In this document: positions 37,841 to 48,435 of the stretch, one piece after another
How the letters are laid out: the number at the start of each line of letters is the position of its first letter
How positions within the stretch are numbered: position 1 is the first letter of the stretch
Source: Candidatus Latescibacterota bacterium
Lineage (GTDB): Bacteria > Latescibacterota > UBA2968 > UBA8231
Direction: 5' to 3'
Length of the DNA: 64,000 nt
Assembly (NCBI GenBank): GCA_965248265.1
Contig: CBDFJF010000002.1
Location: forward strand, 1,472,001-1,536,000
Program-made: the position numbers and the translations under genes
Notes under the pieces: model-generated
The model's input: the letters and a program-made list of their open reading frames with translations, nothing else
What the model was told of the DNA's origin: nothing
The model's database searches: none

Positions 37841-39084
37841 CGGTTCTCGGTGGTGAGCAGGATGCCGAGCCCCGACGTTGGCACTCCCTTCGAGCATTCC
37901 GCAACGGTGCCTTCCGGCATCTGTGGGCTGGCATCATCGTCAACGGGTTCGCCGTCTGGATAGGCCGTTTGACGGTGGGATGGTTCGTCTTCGACCAGAC
38001 CGATTCGGCGCTGCTGACGGCCGTTTCCTTCACCATGCAATCCGCGCCCGGATTGGTGGTAGCGCCCTTCGGCGGGGCCATCGCCGACCGGATCGACCGA
38101 CGTTACGTCCTGGCCGGGGCGGCACTGGTGAAAGGGATAACGGCTCTGGGACTGGCGTTCGTCGCCGTGGATGGTATTGACTCGGTGTGGCCCGTCATCG
38201 CTCTGCTGGCGGTGGCCGGCGCCATGACCAGCTTCGAGCTTCCGTCTTCTCAGGCATTGATTCCCGATGTGATCGGTCCCAAGGATGCGATGAACGGCAT
38301 CGCCGTCTGCTCGGTCGGTCTCAGAGCGATCAGCGCCTTCGGAGCGCTGACCGGAGGGTTTCTGCTCGAACTCTACGGAGCGCCGGTTGCATTCCTGACT
38401 TCAGCCCTACTGCACTGGGTCGCCGCCACTATCGTGATACGGCTGCGGGTGCCATCCAGGCCCATACACCCGGATACGCCACGCCGGTCGTTTGTCGCCG
38501 ACACCAAGGAGGGGTTGCGTATCATGGCCAGCTTACCCACGGTGAGGGCCTTGCTGGTCATGACCCTGCTGGTCGAAGTGCTGTGCTTTTCACACGCCTC
38601 GGTGCTGCCAGTGCTCGCCCGGGATCGGCTCGGACTGGATGAGTCCGACCTGGGTACGTTGACCGCCATGGGTGGGTTCGGGTCGTTCCTGGGCGCGCTT
38701 TGTCTGGCCGGCATGAGCGAGTACCGGCGGAAGGGTCTGATGGTCATCGTCGTCGCCGCGCTCTACGGCGCCAGCATACTGGCGCTCGGCCTGTCCGACC
38801 TGTTCATGTTGTCGATCGTCGTAATCACCATCGTAGGTATGATGGCGGCCATGTTCGACGCGCTGCAGTGGGGTCTATTGCAGGCGAACGTGCCTGATGC
38901 GATGCGGGGGAGGGTACTTGGCGGCTGGATGCTGGCCGTCGCCTTCGGATGGATAGGCCACGGGGAGCTGGGGATCGTCAGCGATGCCATCGGGGTGCAC
39001 TGGGCATACGTCATCAACGGCGGTCTCATCATCGCCGTGGCCGTCGTGGCTCTGCTGGCAGTAAAGTCACTGAGGAGGGCATAG
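37831..39084 (+). CDS. MFS transporter
   Basis: GGAIADRIDRR motif A, about 12 TM segments, Q.NVPD.MRGRV. Confidence 0.9.
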   Translation: MALTVLGGEQDAEPRRWHSLRAFRNGAFRHLWAGIIVNGFAVWIGRLTVGWFVFDQTDSALLTAVSFTMQSAPGLVVAPFGGAIADRIDRRYVLAGAALVKGITALGLAFVAVDGIDSVWPVIALLAVAGAMTSFELPSSQALIPDVIGPKDAMNGIAVCSVGLRAISAFGALTGGFLLELYGAPVAFLTSALLHWVAATIVIRLRVPSRPIHPDTPRRSFVADTKEGLRIMASLPTVRALLVMTLLVEVLCFSHASVLPVLARDRLGLDESDLGTLTAMGGFGSFLGALCLAGMSEYRRKGLMVIVVAALYGASILALGLSDLFMLSIVVITIVGMMAAMFDALQWGLLQANVPDAMRGRVLGGWMLAVAFGWIGHGELGIVSDAIGVHWAYVINGGLIIAVAVVALLAVKSLRRA

Positions 39085-39085
39085 G

Positions 39086-40630
39086 GTGAGTGCGCACGAC
39101 GACTACGACGTCGTTGTCCTGGGTGGTGGGCACAATGGTCTGGTCGCTGCCGGGTATCTTGCGCGCGCCGGCCTCAAGGTAATCGTGCTGGAACGGCGCG
39201 ACATCGTAGGCGGTGCCTGCATGACGGAGGAGCTGTTCCCCGGATATCGTTTCTCAGCCTGTTCCTACATCTGTTACCTGTTGCAGAGCCAGGTTATCGA
39301 AGACCTCGAGTTACGCGAACACGGATTCGACGTCTACGCCCATGATCCGACACGCTTTCAGCCATTCCCGGACGGCAGCCGCCTTTTACTGTGGGAAGAC
39401 GTCTCGCGGACCCAGGAGGAGATTGCCCGGATTTCTCGCAGAGATGCCGACCGCTATCCGGAGTGGCTCGCGTTCTGGGAGCGAGCCGCCGGCATCATAC
39501 ATCCATTCTTCTTGACGGCCGCGCCCACAGTAGACGAGATCGCTGAAGGCCTACGCGGTACTCGTGATGAAGCCTTTTTCCAGCGCCTGCTCACCGTCAG
39601 CATGAAGGAGTTGCTGACCGAACTGTTCGAGTCGACCCAGGTGCGCGCCGCATTCACCCACGCTCACGATGTCGGTGACCTGACAGCCCCCGGAAGTGCC
39701 TGGTGTTACGCCCATATCAAGACCAGCGTCAAGAACAAGCCGGAGGATGTCGGACTCGTGCATGGAGGCATGGGCGGGATTACACAGGCGATGGCGAGAT
39801 CGGCACAGAGTGTGGGGGTGACCGTGAAGACAGGTGCTGAGGTCGATCACATTCTGGTGGATGATGGCGAGGCTCGCGGTGTAGCTCTCAAGGATGGCAC
39901 TCAGGTGTGCAGTCGCACGGTGATTTCGAACGCCGATCCCAAGCGCACCTTTCTCAAGCTGATAAAGCAGGAGCACATTGATGCCGACTTCACCCAGCGA
40001 ATTGGCGAGTTGAAGACGGATGCGGCATACCTGAAATTCCACGCGTCGCTGCGGGGACTGCCCGACTTCTCCGCGTACTTCGACGGAGAGTTCGATCCCC
40101 GTTGGCTGTCCGAGATCAAGATCTGCCCGTCGATGGAGTACTTCGAAAGCAGCTGGCGTGATGCCACCGAGGGGATTCCGTCACGTACGCCGATGATGGA
40201 GGTGCAGATTCCGTCCGTCTACGACCCCACGATGGCTCCACCCGGCCATCATGTCATGTCCGTCTGGTCTTGCTACGCACCGGTACGGCTGCGTGAGGGC
40301 AGTTGGGAGGACAGGCGCCGTGAGGTCGGCGAACATTTGATCGACACCCTTGCCGAATACGCTCCGAACATCCGCGAGGTGATCATCGACTGGTCACTGT
40401 TCACGCCGCAGGACATCGAACGGCGGGTCGGCCTCACGGACGGTAACATTCGCCAACTCGACATCATCCCCGGCCAGTTCATGGCCCAACGACCGATGGC
40501 TGGATGGTCCGACTACCGCACCCCGATATCGCATCTCTATCTGTGCGGTGGCGGAACGCACCCGGGAGGCGAAGTCACCGGGGCACCCGGCCACAACGCG
40601 GCGGCGGCCGTCCTCGCCGACTGGGGATAG
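39086..40630 (+). CDS. Phytoene desaturase-family FAD oxidoreductase
   Basis: GGGHNGLVAAGYLARAG..V.VLERR..VGGAC, GGMG.I, YRTPI..LYLCGGGTHPGG.VTGAPG.NAA. Confidence 0.88.
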   Translation: MSAHDDYDVVVLGGGHNGLVAAGYLARAGLKVIVLERRDIVGGACMTEELFPGYRFSACSYICYLLQSQVIEDLELREHGFDVYAHDPTRFQPFPDGSRLLLWEDVSRTQEEIARISRRDADRYPEWLAFWERAAGIIHPFFLTAAPTVDEIAEGLRGTRDEAFFQRLLTVSMKELLTELFESTQVRAAFTHAHDVGDLTAPGSAWCYAHIKTSVKNKPEDVGLVHGGMGGITQAMARSAQSVGVTVKTGAEVDHILVDDGEARGVALKDGTQVCSRTVISNADPKRTFLKLIKQEHIDADFTQRIGELKTDAAYLKFHASLRGLPDFSAYFDGEFDPRWLSEIKICPSMEYFESSWRDATEGIPSRTPMMEVQIPSVYDPTMAPPGHHVMSVWSCYAPVRLREGSWEDRRREVGEHLIDTLAEYAPNIREVIIDWSLFTPQDIERRVGLTDGNIRQLDIIPGQFMAQRPMAGWSDYRTPISHLYLCGGGTHPGGEVTGAPGHNAAAAVLADWG

Positions 40631-40733
40631 CAGCACAGGGATGCGAATTCGACACCTGAGGACGACTACGCTCTCGACAACGCCGGGTCTCTCCGGTACC
40701 CTTATTCTACCGGCTACTTGATAGGACACTGAG

Positions 40734-41744
40734 TCAGAACCGAGTCTCTTCGAAAACCTCGTAACCGCATTCGACTTCAACACGGGCGGCCAGGGCTTCG
40801 AGTTGCTGGCGGTGTTCGTCTCCCAGAGCGATGGCACCTCGCTGCCGGTTTTCACGCTCCCACTGCCACTCCATGCCACCGGGCAGTTCGGCGCGATCGA
40901 GCCCGGGGAAGGGTTGCATTTGTCTGACTTTGCCTACGAAACGGTCCATGTCGTCACGGAAGTCGTCTGCCTCCATAAAACAGGAGACGTCCCACGCACA
41001 AAGGAACGCGCCCTGGTTCGAGGCCCATTCAGAGGAGAGCGGTTCCGGTTTCTGGACGCCTGCGAGGACGCTGGCAAAGGTCTGAGTGGCGGCAGAAATT
41101 CCGAGTGCCTTGAAGACCCCGTTGGGAATCTGCGCCATCAGATCTTCTCGCGGGGGTAGAATATGTCCTCCCATGTCGATGACGAAGGGCGGCTGATCGC
41201 CGGCGGGAAAGCCGATGCTCAAGGGGGATGAGGTCACGACCCCCATCACCATCTGTGCCGGGTCGAGCATTCGCCGATGGTCAGACATCGCCATGCCGAT
41301 GAAGCCCTCCTCCACGGCCATACGGGTCCAGATGCCGGCCGAGCCGATGTGGAAGTGATTGCGCGTGGTGGCCGCGCCCATGCCCAGAGCCCGGGTCTTC
41401 TCCAGCACCTGTTTCATGGCGACCCGGCAGGCGAAGTAGCCCATGCCGCCATCCCCGTCGACGACGGCCGTTGCTCCATAGTCTGAGATCACCCTGACTT
41501 CGGGCTCGTGATTGATCAACCCCTCGCTGAAGGACTCCAGGTAATGGTCCAGCAGGCGACTGCCATGACTATAGAGACAGCGCAGTTCATTGGTTGCCAG
41601 CAGATCGGCTAGGTAATCCGCGTCGGACGGGCGCATCGGCGTGGATCCCAAAAGAGCACGGATCACGGATCGATGGTGATCGATCGGCACTATGATGCCG
41701 TGTTCGGGCGGGTAGTTTCTGGATTGCAGAATCGGGGAAGACAT
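40734..41744 (-). CDS. Ldh_2 family (malate/L-lactate/sulfolactate dehydrogenase-like) oxidoreductase
   Basis: SHG, VVDGDGGMG, RNHFHIG, PLSIGFP, VIDM, LPG..E. Confidence 0.82.
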   Translation of the reverse strand: MSSPILQSRNYPPEHGIIVPIDHHRSVIRALLGSTPMRPSDADYLADLLATNELRCLYSHGSRLLDHYLESFSEGLINHEPEVRVISDYGATAVVDGDGGMGYFACRVAMKQVLEKTRALGMGAATTRNHFHIGSAGIWTRMAVEEGFIGMAMSDHRRMLDPAQMVMGVVTSSPLSIGFPAGDQPPFVIDMGGHILPPREDLMAQIPNGVFKALGISAATQTFASVLAGVQKPEPLSSEWASNQGAFLCAWDVSCFMEADDFRDDMDRFVGKVRQMQPFPGLDRAELPGGMEWQWERENRQRGAIALGDEHRQQLEALAARVEVECGYEVFEETRF

Positions 41745-41748
41745 ATCC

Positions 41749-42480
41749 TTATGCCTCACGCGCCATCAGAGCCCCGGCGATGGAGATCGCGGCGATGACG
41801 GCCGTTTCCGTGCGCAGCGGCCGCGTTCCCAGGTGAGCAAACAGAAAGTCCGACTGTCTGAACAACTCGCGCTCGGCTGCCGTCCAGCCGCGCTCTGAGC
41901 CTACACACAAGAGAATTTCTCGATCCATTACGGCAGGCGGTTTCAGGTGCGCGGCCAGAGCACACGGCGACTCGTAGTTGTCGAGGACGATTCTCAGCGC
42001 GCCATCCGGGCATTGGCTAACTGACTGCTCGAGGTCATCACCGAACTCGACTTTGGGCAAACGCGTCGTAAATGCCTGGGCAGCACCTGCAACGAGGTGT
42101 CGGCGCCACTCTCCCGTGGACCACAGCCGCGACTTGGCATAGGATGCCTCTCCCCGTTCCGTTTTGACGAAGCTCATGCTGCGCACACCCAGAGCGGTCG
42201 CTTCCTGCAGGATCTTGCGATTCGTCTGCGGGCGCGACAGGCCGACGACAAGATTGATCGGCGGCAAGGGTGGTTCTGCCTGACCCCATTCAAATTCGAG
42301 CTCCAGTCCCTCGGCATCTACGGAGACCAGCGTTGCTTTTCCCCTGGTACCGTCGATGATGCCGGCATCGAAGGTGTCACCAGCAGCCCTGTGCAAAACA
42401 CTGAGGATGTGCTGAGCACGCTCATCCGCCAGCGGAAGTCTCTGGTCGATCTCATCACGCTCGAACAGGACGATGTTCAT
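41749..42480 (-). CDS. rsmE: 16S rRNA m3U1498 methyltransferase
   Basis: HI..VL, ILQEATALGV, AQA....P, VGSERGW, HLG.RPLRTETA SPOUT motif. Confidence 0.88.
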   Translation of the reverse strand: MNIVLFERDEIDQRLPLADERAQHILSVLHRAAGDTFDAGIIDGTRGKATLVSVDAEGLELEFEWGQAEPPLPPINLVVGLSRPQTNRKILQEATALGVRSMSFVKTERGEASYAKSRLWSTGEWRRHLVAGAAQAFTTRLPKVEFGDDLEQSVSQCPDGALRIVLDNYESPCALAAHLKPPAVMDREILLCVGSERGWTAAERELFRQSDFLFAHLGTRPLRTETAVIAAISIAGALMAREA

Positions 42481-42637
42481 CGATTATTACCTGTCACCGC
42501 TGCCGAGGTTGATGTGACTGGATTGACGTGATCATGATTGCGTGATGATGTGGGGTGCGTGAATGATGAAAGGTAGGACTGATGCGGACAGGCATCCACC
42601 GAACGAGTGGGACCCGATCGATGAGCGACGGCGTCGC

Positions 42638-45600
42638 TTAGCGGGCGACGAGGAAGGGCGCTCGATGCTCGACCGCAGATCCGGCGTCGTCGCGAGCCCG
42701 GATGCGATATAGGTACGTGCCGTTAGCCAGCTGACTCCCGCCGCTGTCACGCCCGTTCCACTTCGTCTGGGAAAAGCCTGGTGGCTGGCGATGAGGGTCG
42801 AGACGCCTGATCAAGCGGCCATTTAAGGAAAACAGCTCCACCGTCACTACAGCTTCGTGTGAGAGCACGTAAGTGAAGGAAGCCGGTCCGGTGACTGGGT
42901 TGGGATAGACCAGTGGATTGGCCAGGGTCAGGTCATCGGTGACTAAGAGGCGAATTTCCGACTGATAGCGTTTCTCTCCGATGTGCAGACTGACTCGCAA
43001 AAGATGGTCTCCTCGGTCCGCGCTCGGGCGGTAGAGAACGCGCCCACCGCTCAACAGCGAATCGGCCTCTGCGGGTTGCCCGTCGACGACAAGCTCGATC
43101 TCTCCCTCATCCACACCGGTCGCCGCGATAATGAGGCCCTGTCCCGCCAGGATCGGATCCCCGGACACAAAAGGACGACCCTCCGGCCACAGGCTGAAGG
43201 CGAATGCAGGCAACACAGTCTGGGATAGCTCAATTTCGAACACATTGTCGCCCGGGTCCGCGTCAGGGATTGGGATCTCGAGGTGGGCAAACAATCGACG
43301 GCCGGTCAGCGGCCTGGGTATGGAATCCAGCGAAACAACATGGGTTTCTCCGCGAAGAAGCACCGGTACGGTGGTCGAGACCAATTCCACGCCATCGTCC
43401 GTTCGGGCGACCACCCGGACCCCGGCGACGGCGAATGGCGAGAGATTGCGGATCGTCACCAGCGCCCGCAGGCCATCATCCCCGTCGGCGTGTTCGACAG
43501 CGGCAATCCGTAACGACGGATTCGCTCTGAAACGGACCTGTAACGCCGAGAGTGTCGGAGCGAGCGTGTTCCGCTGGCGCAGTGATGCGCGCAATCGCAA
43601 CCGCGGGTGCCGGGTTGCATCGATGGCGTTCAAGTCGATGCGCTGCGCCTCCATGTCCCGGTATTCCTCGAGCGGTCGCCATTCGCCACTGCTCTCATTT
43701 TCGCTCAGCAGATCAATGCGCAGATCGCCAGTGGTCGCTGTTGCCTCGATATCGAGACTCGACCAGGTGTGAGCCGGTCCGATAGGGTCTGTTGTGAGTG
43801 TGCCTGAACTCAGCTGGCTCAAACCCGTATACCGATACACGTCGGAGCCCAAAAGATCCCCGAGCCAGACCTTGTTGTTGACCCAGTCGTACTGACCGGA
43901 TACCGAATGAGTCGTTTCCTGCTCAGACACCCACTCGTCCAGAAAACGCCCATCGAAGGCATCTATCATGCGAATGCGGTAGCTGTCGTCGAATTCGAGC
44001 AGGTAGAGTCGCTCGCCATCCGCCAACAGGCCATCCGTCCACATGTAGGTGAAGCCGGTTTCCGTTGGCTCCGAGGTGAATTCGCGCACAATGCGCCAGC
44101 CGTCGGCCGGGTCGAACACCCGCACGCCCCACCCGGTGCGAACCCCCGACACCGAGCTCATCGAGGCGTTGTAGATGTAGCGGCCGTCAGAGGCGATCAG
44201 AAAGTGCCCGTCCTCGACAAGGCCGGATCGCCATTCGAGCATTCCCTCAGTAACCGCGATCGTGTCCAGCAGGCCGGATTCGGTCGAGATGCGCTCGAGC
44301 TCGAAGGCGTTCCCGTTTTCGTTGTAGATGAAGCCATCGCTGTGATAGGTCGCCGAGATACCCGCCGTTGACGGGCCGGAAAGGAACTCGTACAGGCGTC
44401 CGGCCTCGGTGCCGTTGAATCCGGTGCCGATGCGGGCGAACTCATCCACTCCCGGATAGACCGTCGACCCGTCATTGAACCAGCGCTTGGCGTAGAGGTA
44501 GGTACCGTCGGTACAGACGATCCCGGCACCTTCCAGGCCGGTCACGGCGAAGTTGTCTTCGCGCTGCGTGCCGTCGGGATGAAACGAGAGGGCCGCCGCC
44601 GAGATCTGCAACTGACGCGCCTCGTCGAGGATGAGATTGCCGGCATCGCCTCCCAGCAGCTGCGGTCCCTGCTGCCGCCACAAACGCTCATCGTCCGGGG
44701 CATCGGCACCGATGCCGTCCGCGAGCAGGGCGAATCCCTGGCTGTCACTCCAGGGACCTGACGTCGCGCCGTCGACGACACGAGCACGCCAAATGAGGTC
44801 GGCTCCTGATTGCGCTGAATCGACCACGGCAGGGCTCACCCCCGGGGAATAGATCGCGATGCCGTTGTCGGTAGCCACCGGCATCGAAGCCGCCAGAGCC
44901 GACTCCGGAGTGAGGGGACGCTGTGTTCCGAGCAGGAATTCTACGGAGTAGGTATTTCCCCCCGCATCATCAGCCAGCGGTACGACGGCTTCGAGGGTGA
45001 AATCGGGAGACGACACCACTCCACCAGCCGGTGGGAAGATCGGCGTGGCCACCGTTGACTCGAGAATCTCGACGTCTACGGACAGCTGGTTGTTAAACTC
45101 GTCGATCTCGGCGACGCGACCGTGCGGGTCGACGACGACCTCAAGACGGTACGGCCCGGCGCTATGTTCGATTGCCCAGTCCAGGTTGAGCGTGTCTGAG
45201 CCGACGAAAGAGGGATACACCAGATGGGCAATCGTGTCCGGTTCGGCGTCGCCGCGGCTGAAGCCGAACAGAGCGATAGCCAGGCTATCCGCTGTGAGCC
45301 TGGCGTTGTTCCGCACCACCAGTTCGATCTGGGTATTGAATCCATGCATCAGAGGCGCTGATTGAGCGCGTAACGACACCGGGGTGTAATCGGCAAGAAC
45401 CGGCAAGGCCAGTTCCTGCGCAGGGTCGCCGAACAGCTGCATCGTGAGAGCGGCCTCGACAAAGGAGGAGCGCTCAGTCAGCACAGCGACCTTGGCGGCG
45501 TTGAGTGTCGGGCCAAAAGCGAGCAAGCCGTCCTCGAATATCTGACGGTACATATGGTCGGACAGCAGATCGTTCTGGGCGACGAAACTGATAGCACTGG

Positions 45601-48256
45601 AAGAGATGTAGGCGATAGCACCGCCGTCCTCTAGCCTCGTGAATACCTCGCCGACGCTGTCGACCGTTGGGTTCACAGACATGCCGTTTAGGCACGACAG
45701 AGCCAGAACCAGCGGGAGTTTGCGGCCGTTGTTGATGTGACCGGCGTATCCCCAATCAGGTATCAGGCCTATGACGAACTGCATGAAGTTGGCGCTGCCG
45801 TGGCCGGCAAAGTTTACGAGCAGGGCTCCCCGATTCAACGCGTTGAGAAAGGCCTGACCGGTCACGTTTGGTACTGGAGTGTTGTCCGGGTTGTAGATCT
45901 TGACCGACTCGAGTCCAAACGGTTCGGTATAGGTCCGCGCGAGTGCGTCGCTCGGTTCTGTAAAGCTCCCTTTAGCGTGGTAGTTGGCCAGATAAATGAC
46001 TCGACTGCGCCAATCGCCGCCCTCGGGATCCGTGTCGTAGCGGATGATGCGATCGACGGTCTCATCCGCCTGCTCCGTGCCCTCTACGGCGAGGCGGCCC
46101 AGGGCGAGGTCCGGCAGCAGGTCGTCGCCGTCGACGAGCGTGTACAGGTAATCACTGGGGGAGTGCCCGCGATTGCGCGCCTGGTAATACTGCGAGGGCA
46201 CGTAGCTCGGTCTACCGCCGCCAATGATGTTGCGGTAGTCGTAGGTGGCGTCGCCCATCAACAAGACGTAGGCGGGGGCAGGTTGCCAGTTGTCGTAGGT
46301 GTACTGTATGAAGTCGGCGATCGCGTTGCGCTGGATCTGACCACCGGAAAACTCGTCGTAAACGTCTGTCACGTTGACGACCTCGACGTCCAACCCGCTC
46401 TGCCGGCGATGGTCGGCCAATCGGTTCGAGGCGTTGACGAACAGGTCATGAGTGATGATGACGTAGTCGGCCCCGTTTGCCGGTGAGCGCCAATCAGAGG
46501 CCATGTCGACGAATCCTCGCGGGACGAGTATGCTGAGGCTGTCGGCGGCCACGTAAAACGGCTCATGGGAGGGTGCGTCTTCGAAGGTGGCTACGAAAAG
46601 CCCATCGGGTGACGGTTCTACCAGCGCGTCCGTGATGCGGACACTGCTGGCTACATCAAACAGGAAGACGTTCGGATGGGAGAGTTTGCGCAAGGTGATG
46701 CGTCTGCCAACGGAGGGGGTCTGAGGGAAAGCCAGATGCCCCGGGAAGGTGTCGTAACGCCGGCGGTACTGGAGCTCGAACCAGTTGAAATAGACGCGGT
46801 CAAAGGGGGCCTGGTCGGCAAAAACCTGCACGGTCACGCGATTGGTCGGTTCGTCCTCATTGATGTAGGTAGATGGGATTTCCTCATCGACCAGCAACCC
46901 GACCTGACCCTCCCAAATAGTGTCGTCGACTATGTGTTCGTTAAATTTCAAAACGGTATGGTGTCCAAGTTGGCTCCAACCATGCAAGGAAACCCGCAGG
47001 CGGGTGAGGTATTCCTCTTCGAGAAAAGGCGCGGAGATCTCTCCCCTCACCACAGTCGATCCGATTTTGCCTGGTTGGTCTGCTTTGATCCGCGGATTGA
47101 ACCAGTGGTCACCCTCGTTGTCGACGACGAACTCGAGCTGGTCGAACCAGAGATCGCTTTCAAAATGGGAGGTCGCCCAATACCACTCCGAGGCCGGGTA
47201 ATCGTTGATCGGAGCCCCCGACTGTGAACCAAAGCGCTTGCCTGGCTCGCCGCCCCAGGAGAACCAGTAGATATTCTTCTTGCCATAGAGGCTGTCGTGG
47301 TCTCTCTCCACTCCCTGTGCGTCCCGAAATCGCCGCTTGCGCCCGAAAAACAGGCAGAAGTCGGCTTCGTCGAACGAACCGTCCTCTCCTCCCTCCACGT
47401 AGAGGGGCTGCTCCTCGCCATCCAGAAACAGGCGAAACGTCCGGGGGTCGATACCGTCCGCTTCGAGGAAGCGGCGCTCGAGCCAACCTCTGTCAATCTT
47501 GTGGATGCTCTCCTCCACGACGAGGATTTTGACCCACTTTTTCGCAGGGTCGTACCAACCGCCGTCAACACCCCCCTGCGTCGTTTTTCTTACCGCGATG
47601 GGTGACCGTTGGAAACGAGGAGGGTTCAGGAACGGGGCGTATAGGGCTGCGGTGGGCCCCACAGACGCCGTCGCGGGAAACGGTTTGCCGCGAAAGCCGC
47701 CTTCGAAGCGGAGGGCCAGGACCATCCGCTCATAGACCCGGAGGGTGCGTCCCTGCGCATGGTAAGCGACCGGGTACAGGCGTAGCGCGTGCGCAGGCAC
47801 GCCTCTGATGGAGCCTATCTGCTCCAGTCTGGCTCTCGCCTGCGGCCACAACAGGCCAGGTTCGTAAGGCAACTGTTGATCGAGGTCGTTGGGCTCTTGG
47901 CCTTGAGCGACGGCGTAGTCAACTCCCTCGTATTCGACGAATTCCGCTTCAAGCACCTCGACTGATACCGTGGCATTTGGAGGCGCGGCCACGAGCTCGG
48001 CAAAGAAAGGAAGGGCCGGCAAACCCGAGCTCTGCAGGCGTGGCACCGCGCCGGGTAGCATCAACTCCTGGTGTTGGCCACTCTCCGTGGCGGAGAGGAG
48101 CGCAGTCGGCATCACAAACTCGACGAGCAATCGGTCGGCGGACTCGTCCACAATCCGCAATGGCGAAGCCTCAGCGCCGATACACCAGATGAACACAAGC
48201 ACGATGCAGAAGAGCATCCTCAAGCAGCCGGTCAGTACCGAGATACAGCTAGCCAT
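42638..48256 (-). CDS. Large secreted C25 family (gingipain/PorU-like) cysteine peptidase with CARDB-like domain and T9SS-A/FlgD-Ig C-terminal domain
   Basis: Signal peptide, propeptide-like region, ADYVIITH, VYDEFSGG, YVLLMGDATYD, LALGRL, FAGHG (His), LSCLNG (Cys), GGAIA, LFGDPA, VDP...V.EIDEFNN, YPNP...WNGRD..G..LANGTYLYRI. Confidence 0.88.
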   Translation of the reverse strand: MASCISVLTGCLRMLFCIVLVFIWCIGAEASPLRIVDESADRLLVEFVMPTALLSATESGQHQELMLPGAVPRLQSSGLPALPFFAELVAAPPNATVSVEVLEAEFVEYEGVDYAVAQGQEPNDLDQQLPYEPGLLWPQARARLEQIGSIRGVPAHALRLYPVAYHAQGRTLRVYERMVLALRFEGGFRGKPFPATASVGPTAALYAPFLNPPRFQRSPIAVRKTTQGGVDGGWYDPAKKWVKILVVEESIHKIDRGWLERRFLEADGIDPRTFRLFLDGEEQPLYVEGGEDGSFDEADFCLFFGRKRRFRDAQGVERDHDSLYGKKNIYWFSWGGEPGKRFGSQSGAPINDYPASEWYWATSHFESDLWFDQLEFVVDNEGDHWFNPRIKADQPGKIGSTVVRGEISAPFLEEEYLTRLRVSLHGWSQLGHHTVLKFNEHIVDDTIWEGQVGLLVDEEIPSTYINEDEPTNRVTVQVFADQAPFDRVYFNWFELQYRRRYDTFPGHLAFPQTPSVGRRITLRKLSHPNVFLFDVASSVRITDALVEPSPDGLFVATFEDAPSHEPFYVAADSLSILVPRGFVDMASDWRSPANGADYVIITHDLFVNASNRLADHRRQSGLDVEVVNVTDVYDEFSGGQIQRNAIADFIQYTYDNWQPAPAYVLLMGDATYDYRNIIGGGRPSYVPSQYYQARNRGHSPSDYLYTLVDGDDLLPDLALGRLAVEGTEQADETVDRIIRYDTDPEGGDWRSRVIYLANYHAKGSFTEPSDALARTYTEPFGLESVKIYNPDNTPVPNVTGQAFLNALNRGALLVNFAGHGSANFMQFVIGLIPDWGYAGHINNGRKLPLVLALSCLNGMSVNPTVDSVGEVFTRLEDGGAIAYISSSAISFVAQNDLLSDHMYRQIFEDGLLAFGPTLNAAKVAVLTERSSFVEAALTMQLFGDPAQELALPVLADYTPVSLRAQSAPLMHGFNTQIELVVRNNARLTADSLAIALFGFSRGDAEPDTIAHLVYPSFVGSDTLNLDWAIEHSAGPYRLEVVVDPHGRVAEIDEFNNQLSVDVEILESTVATPIFPPAGGVVSSPDFTLEAVVPLADDAGGNTYSVEFLLGTQRPLTPESALAASMPVATDNGIAIYSPGVSPAVVDSAQSGADLIWRARVVDGATSGPWSDSQGFALLADGIGADAPDDERLWRQQGPQLLGGDAGNLILDEARQLQISAAALSFHPDGTQREDNFAVTGLEGAGIVCTDGTYLYAKRWFNDGSTVYPGVDEFARIGTGFNGTEAGRLYEFLSGPSTAGISATYHSDGFIYNENGNAFELERISTESGLLDTIAVTEGMLEWRSGLVEDGHFLIASDGRYIYNASMSSVSGVRTGWGVRVFDPADGWRIVREFTSEPTETGFTYMWTDGLLADGERLYLLEFDDSYRIRMIDAFDGRFLDEWVSEQETTHSVSGQYDWVNNKVWLGDLLGSDVYRYTGLSQLSSGTLTTDPIGPAHTWSSLDIEATATTGDLRIDLLSENESSGEWRPLEEYRDMEAQRIDLNAIDATRHPRLRLRASLRQRNTLAPTLSALQVRFRANPSLRIAAVEHADGDDGLRALVTIRNLSPFAVAGVRVVARTDDGVELVSTTVPVLLRGETHVVSLDSIPRPLTGRRLFAHLEIPIPDADPGDNVFEIELSQTVLPAFAFSLWPEGRPFVSGDPILAGQGLIIAATGVDEGEIELVVDGQPAEADSLLSGGRVLYRPSADRGDHLLRVSLHIGEKRYQSEIRLLVTDDLTLANPLVYPNPVTGPASFTYVLSHEAVVTVELFSLNGRLIRRLDPHRQPPGFSQTKWNGRDSGGSQLANGTYLYRIRARDDAGSAVEHRAPFLVAR

Positions 48257-48435
48257 GCGACGGTCAGGTAACAACGCGGTCCGTAAATACTGGGGGTAGT
48301 GTTATACAGTTCGATGAGGGACAAGACCATTTCCGGGGTATGCGTAACGTACGGATTGGGCGTCTGGTGTCCATGGTCTGACCATCACAATCGGTAAATA
48401 GTTCCGGCGGCAGCGATCCGACTCGATCATGTCAC

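Noticed and set aside
39086-40630. Carotenoid biosynthesis (crtI/crtO)
   Set aside because: No crtB, crtE or crtY nearby; this is a generic family member.
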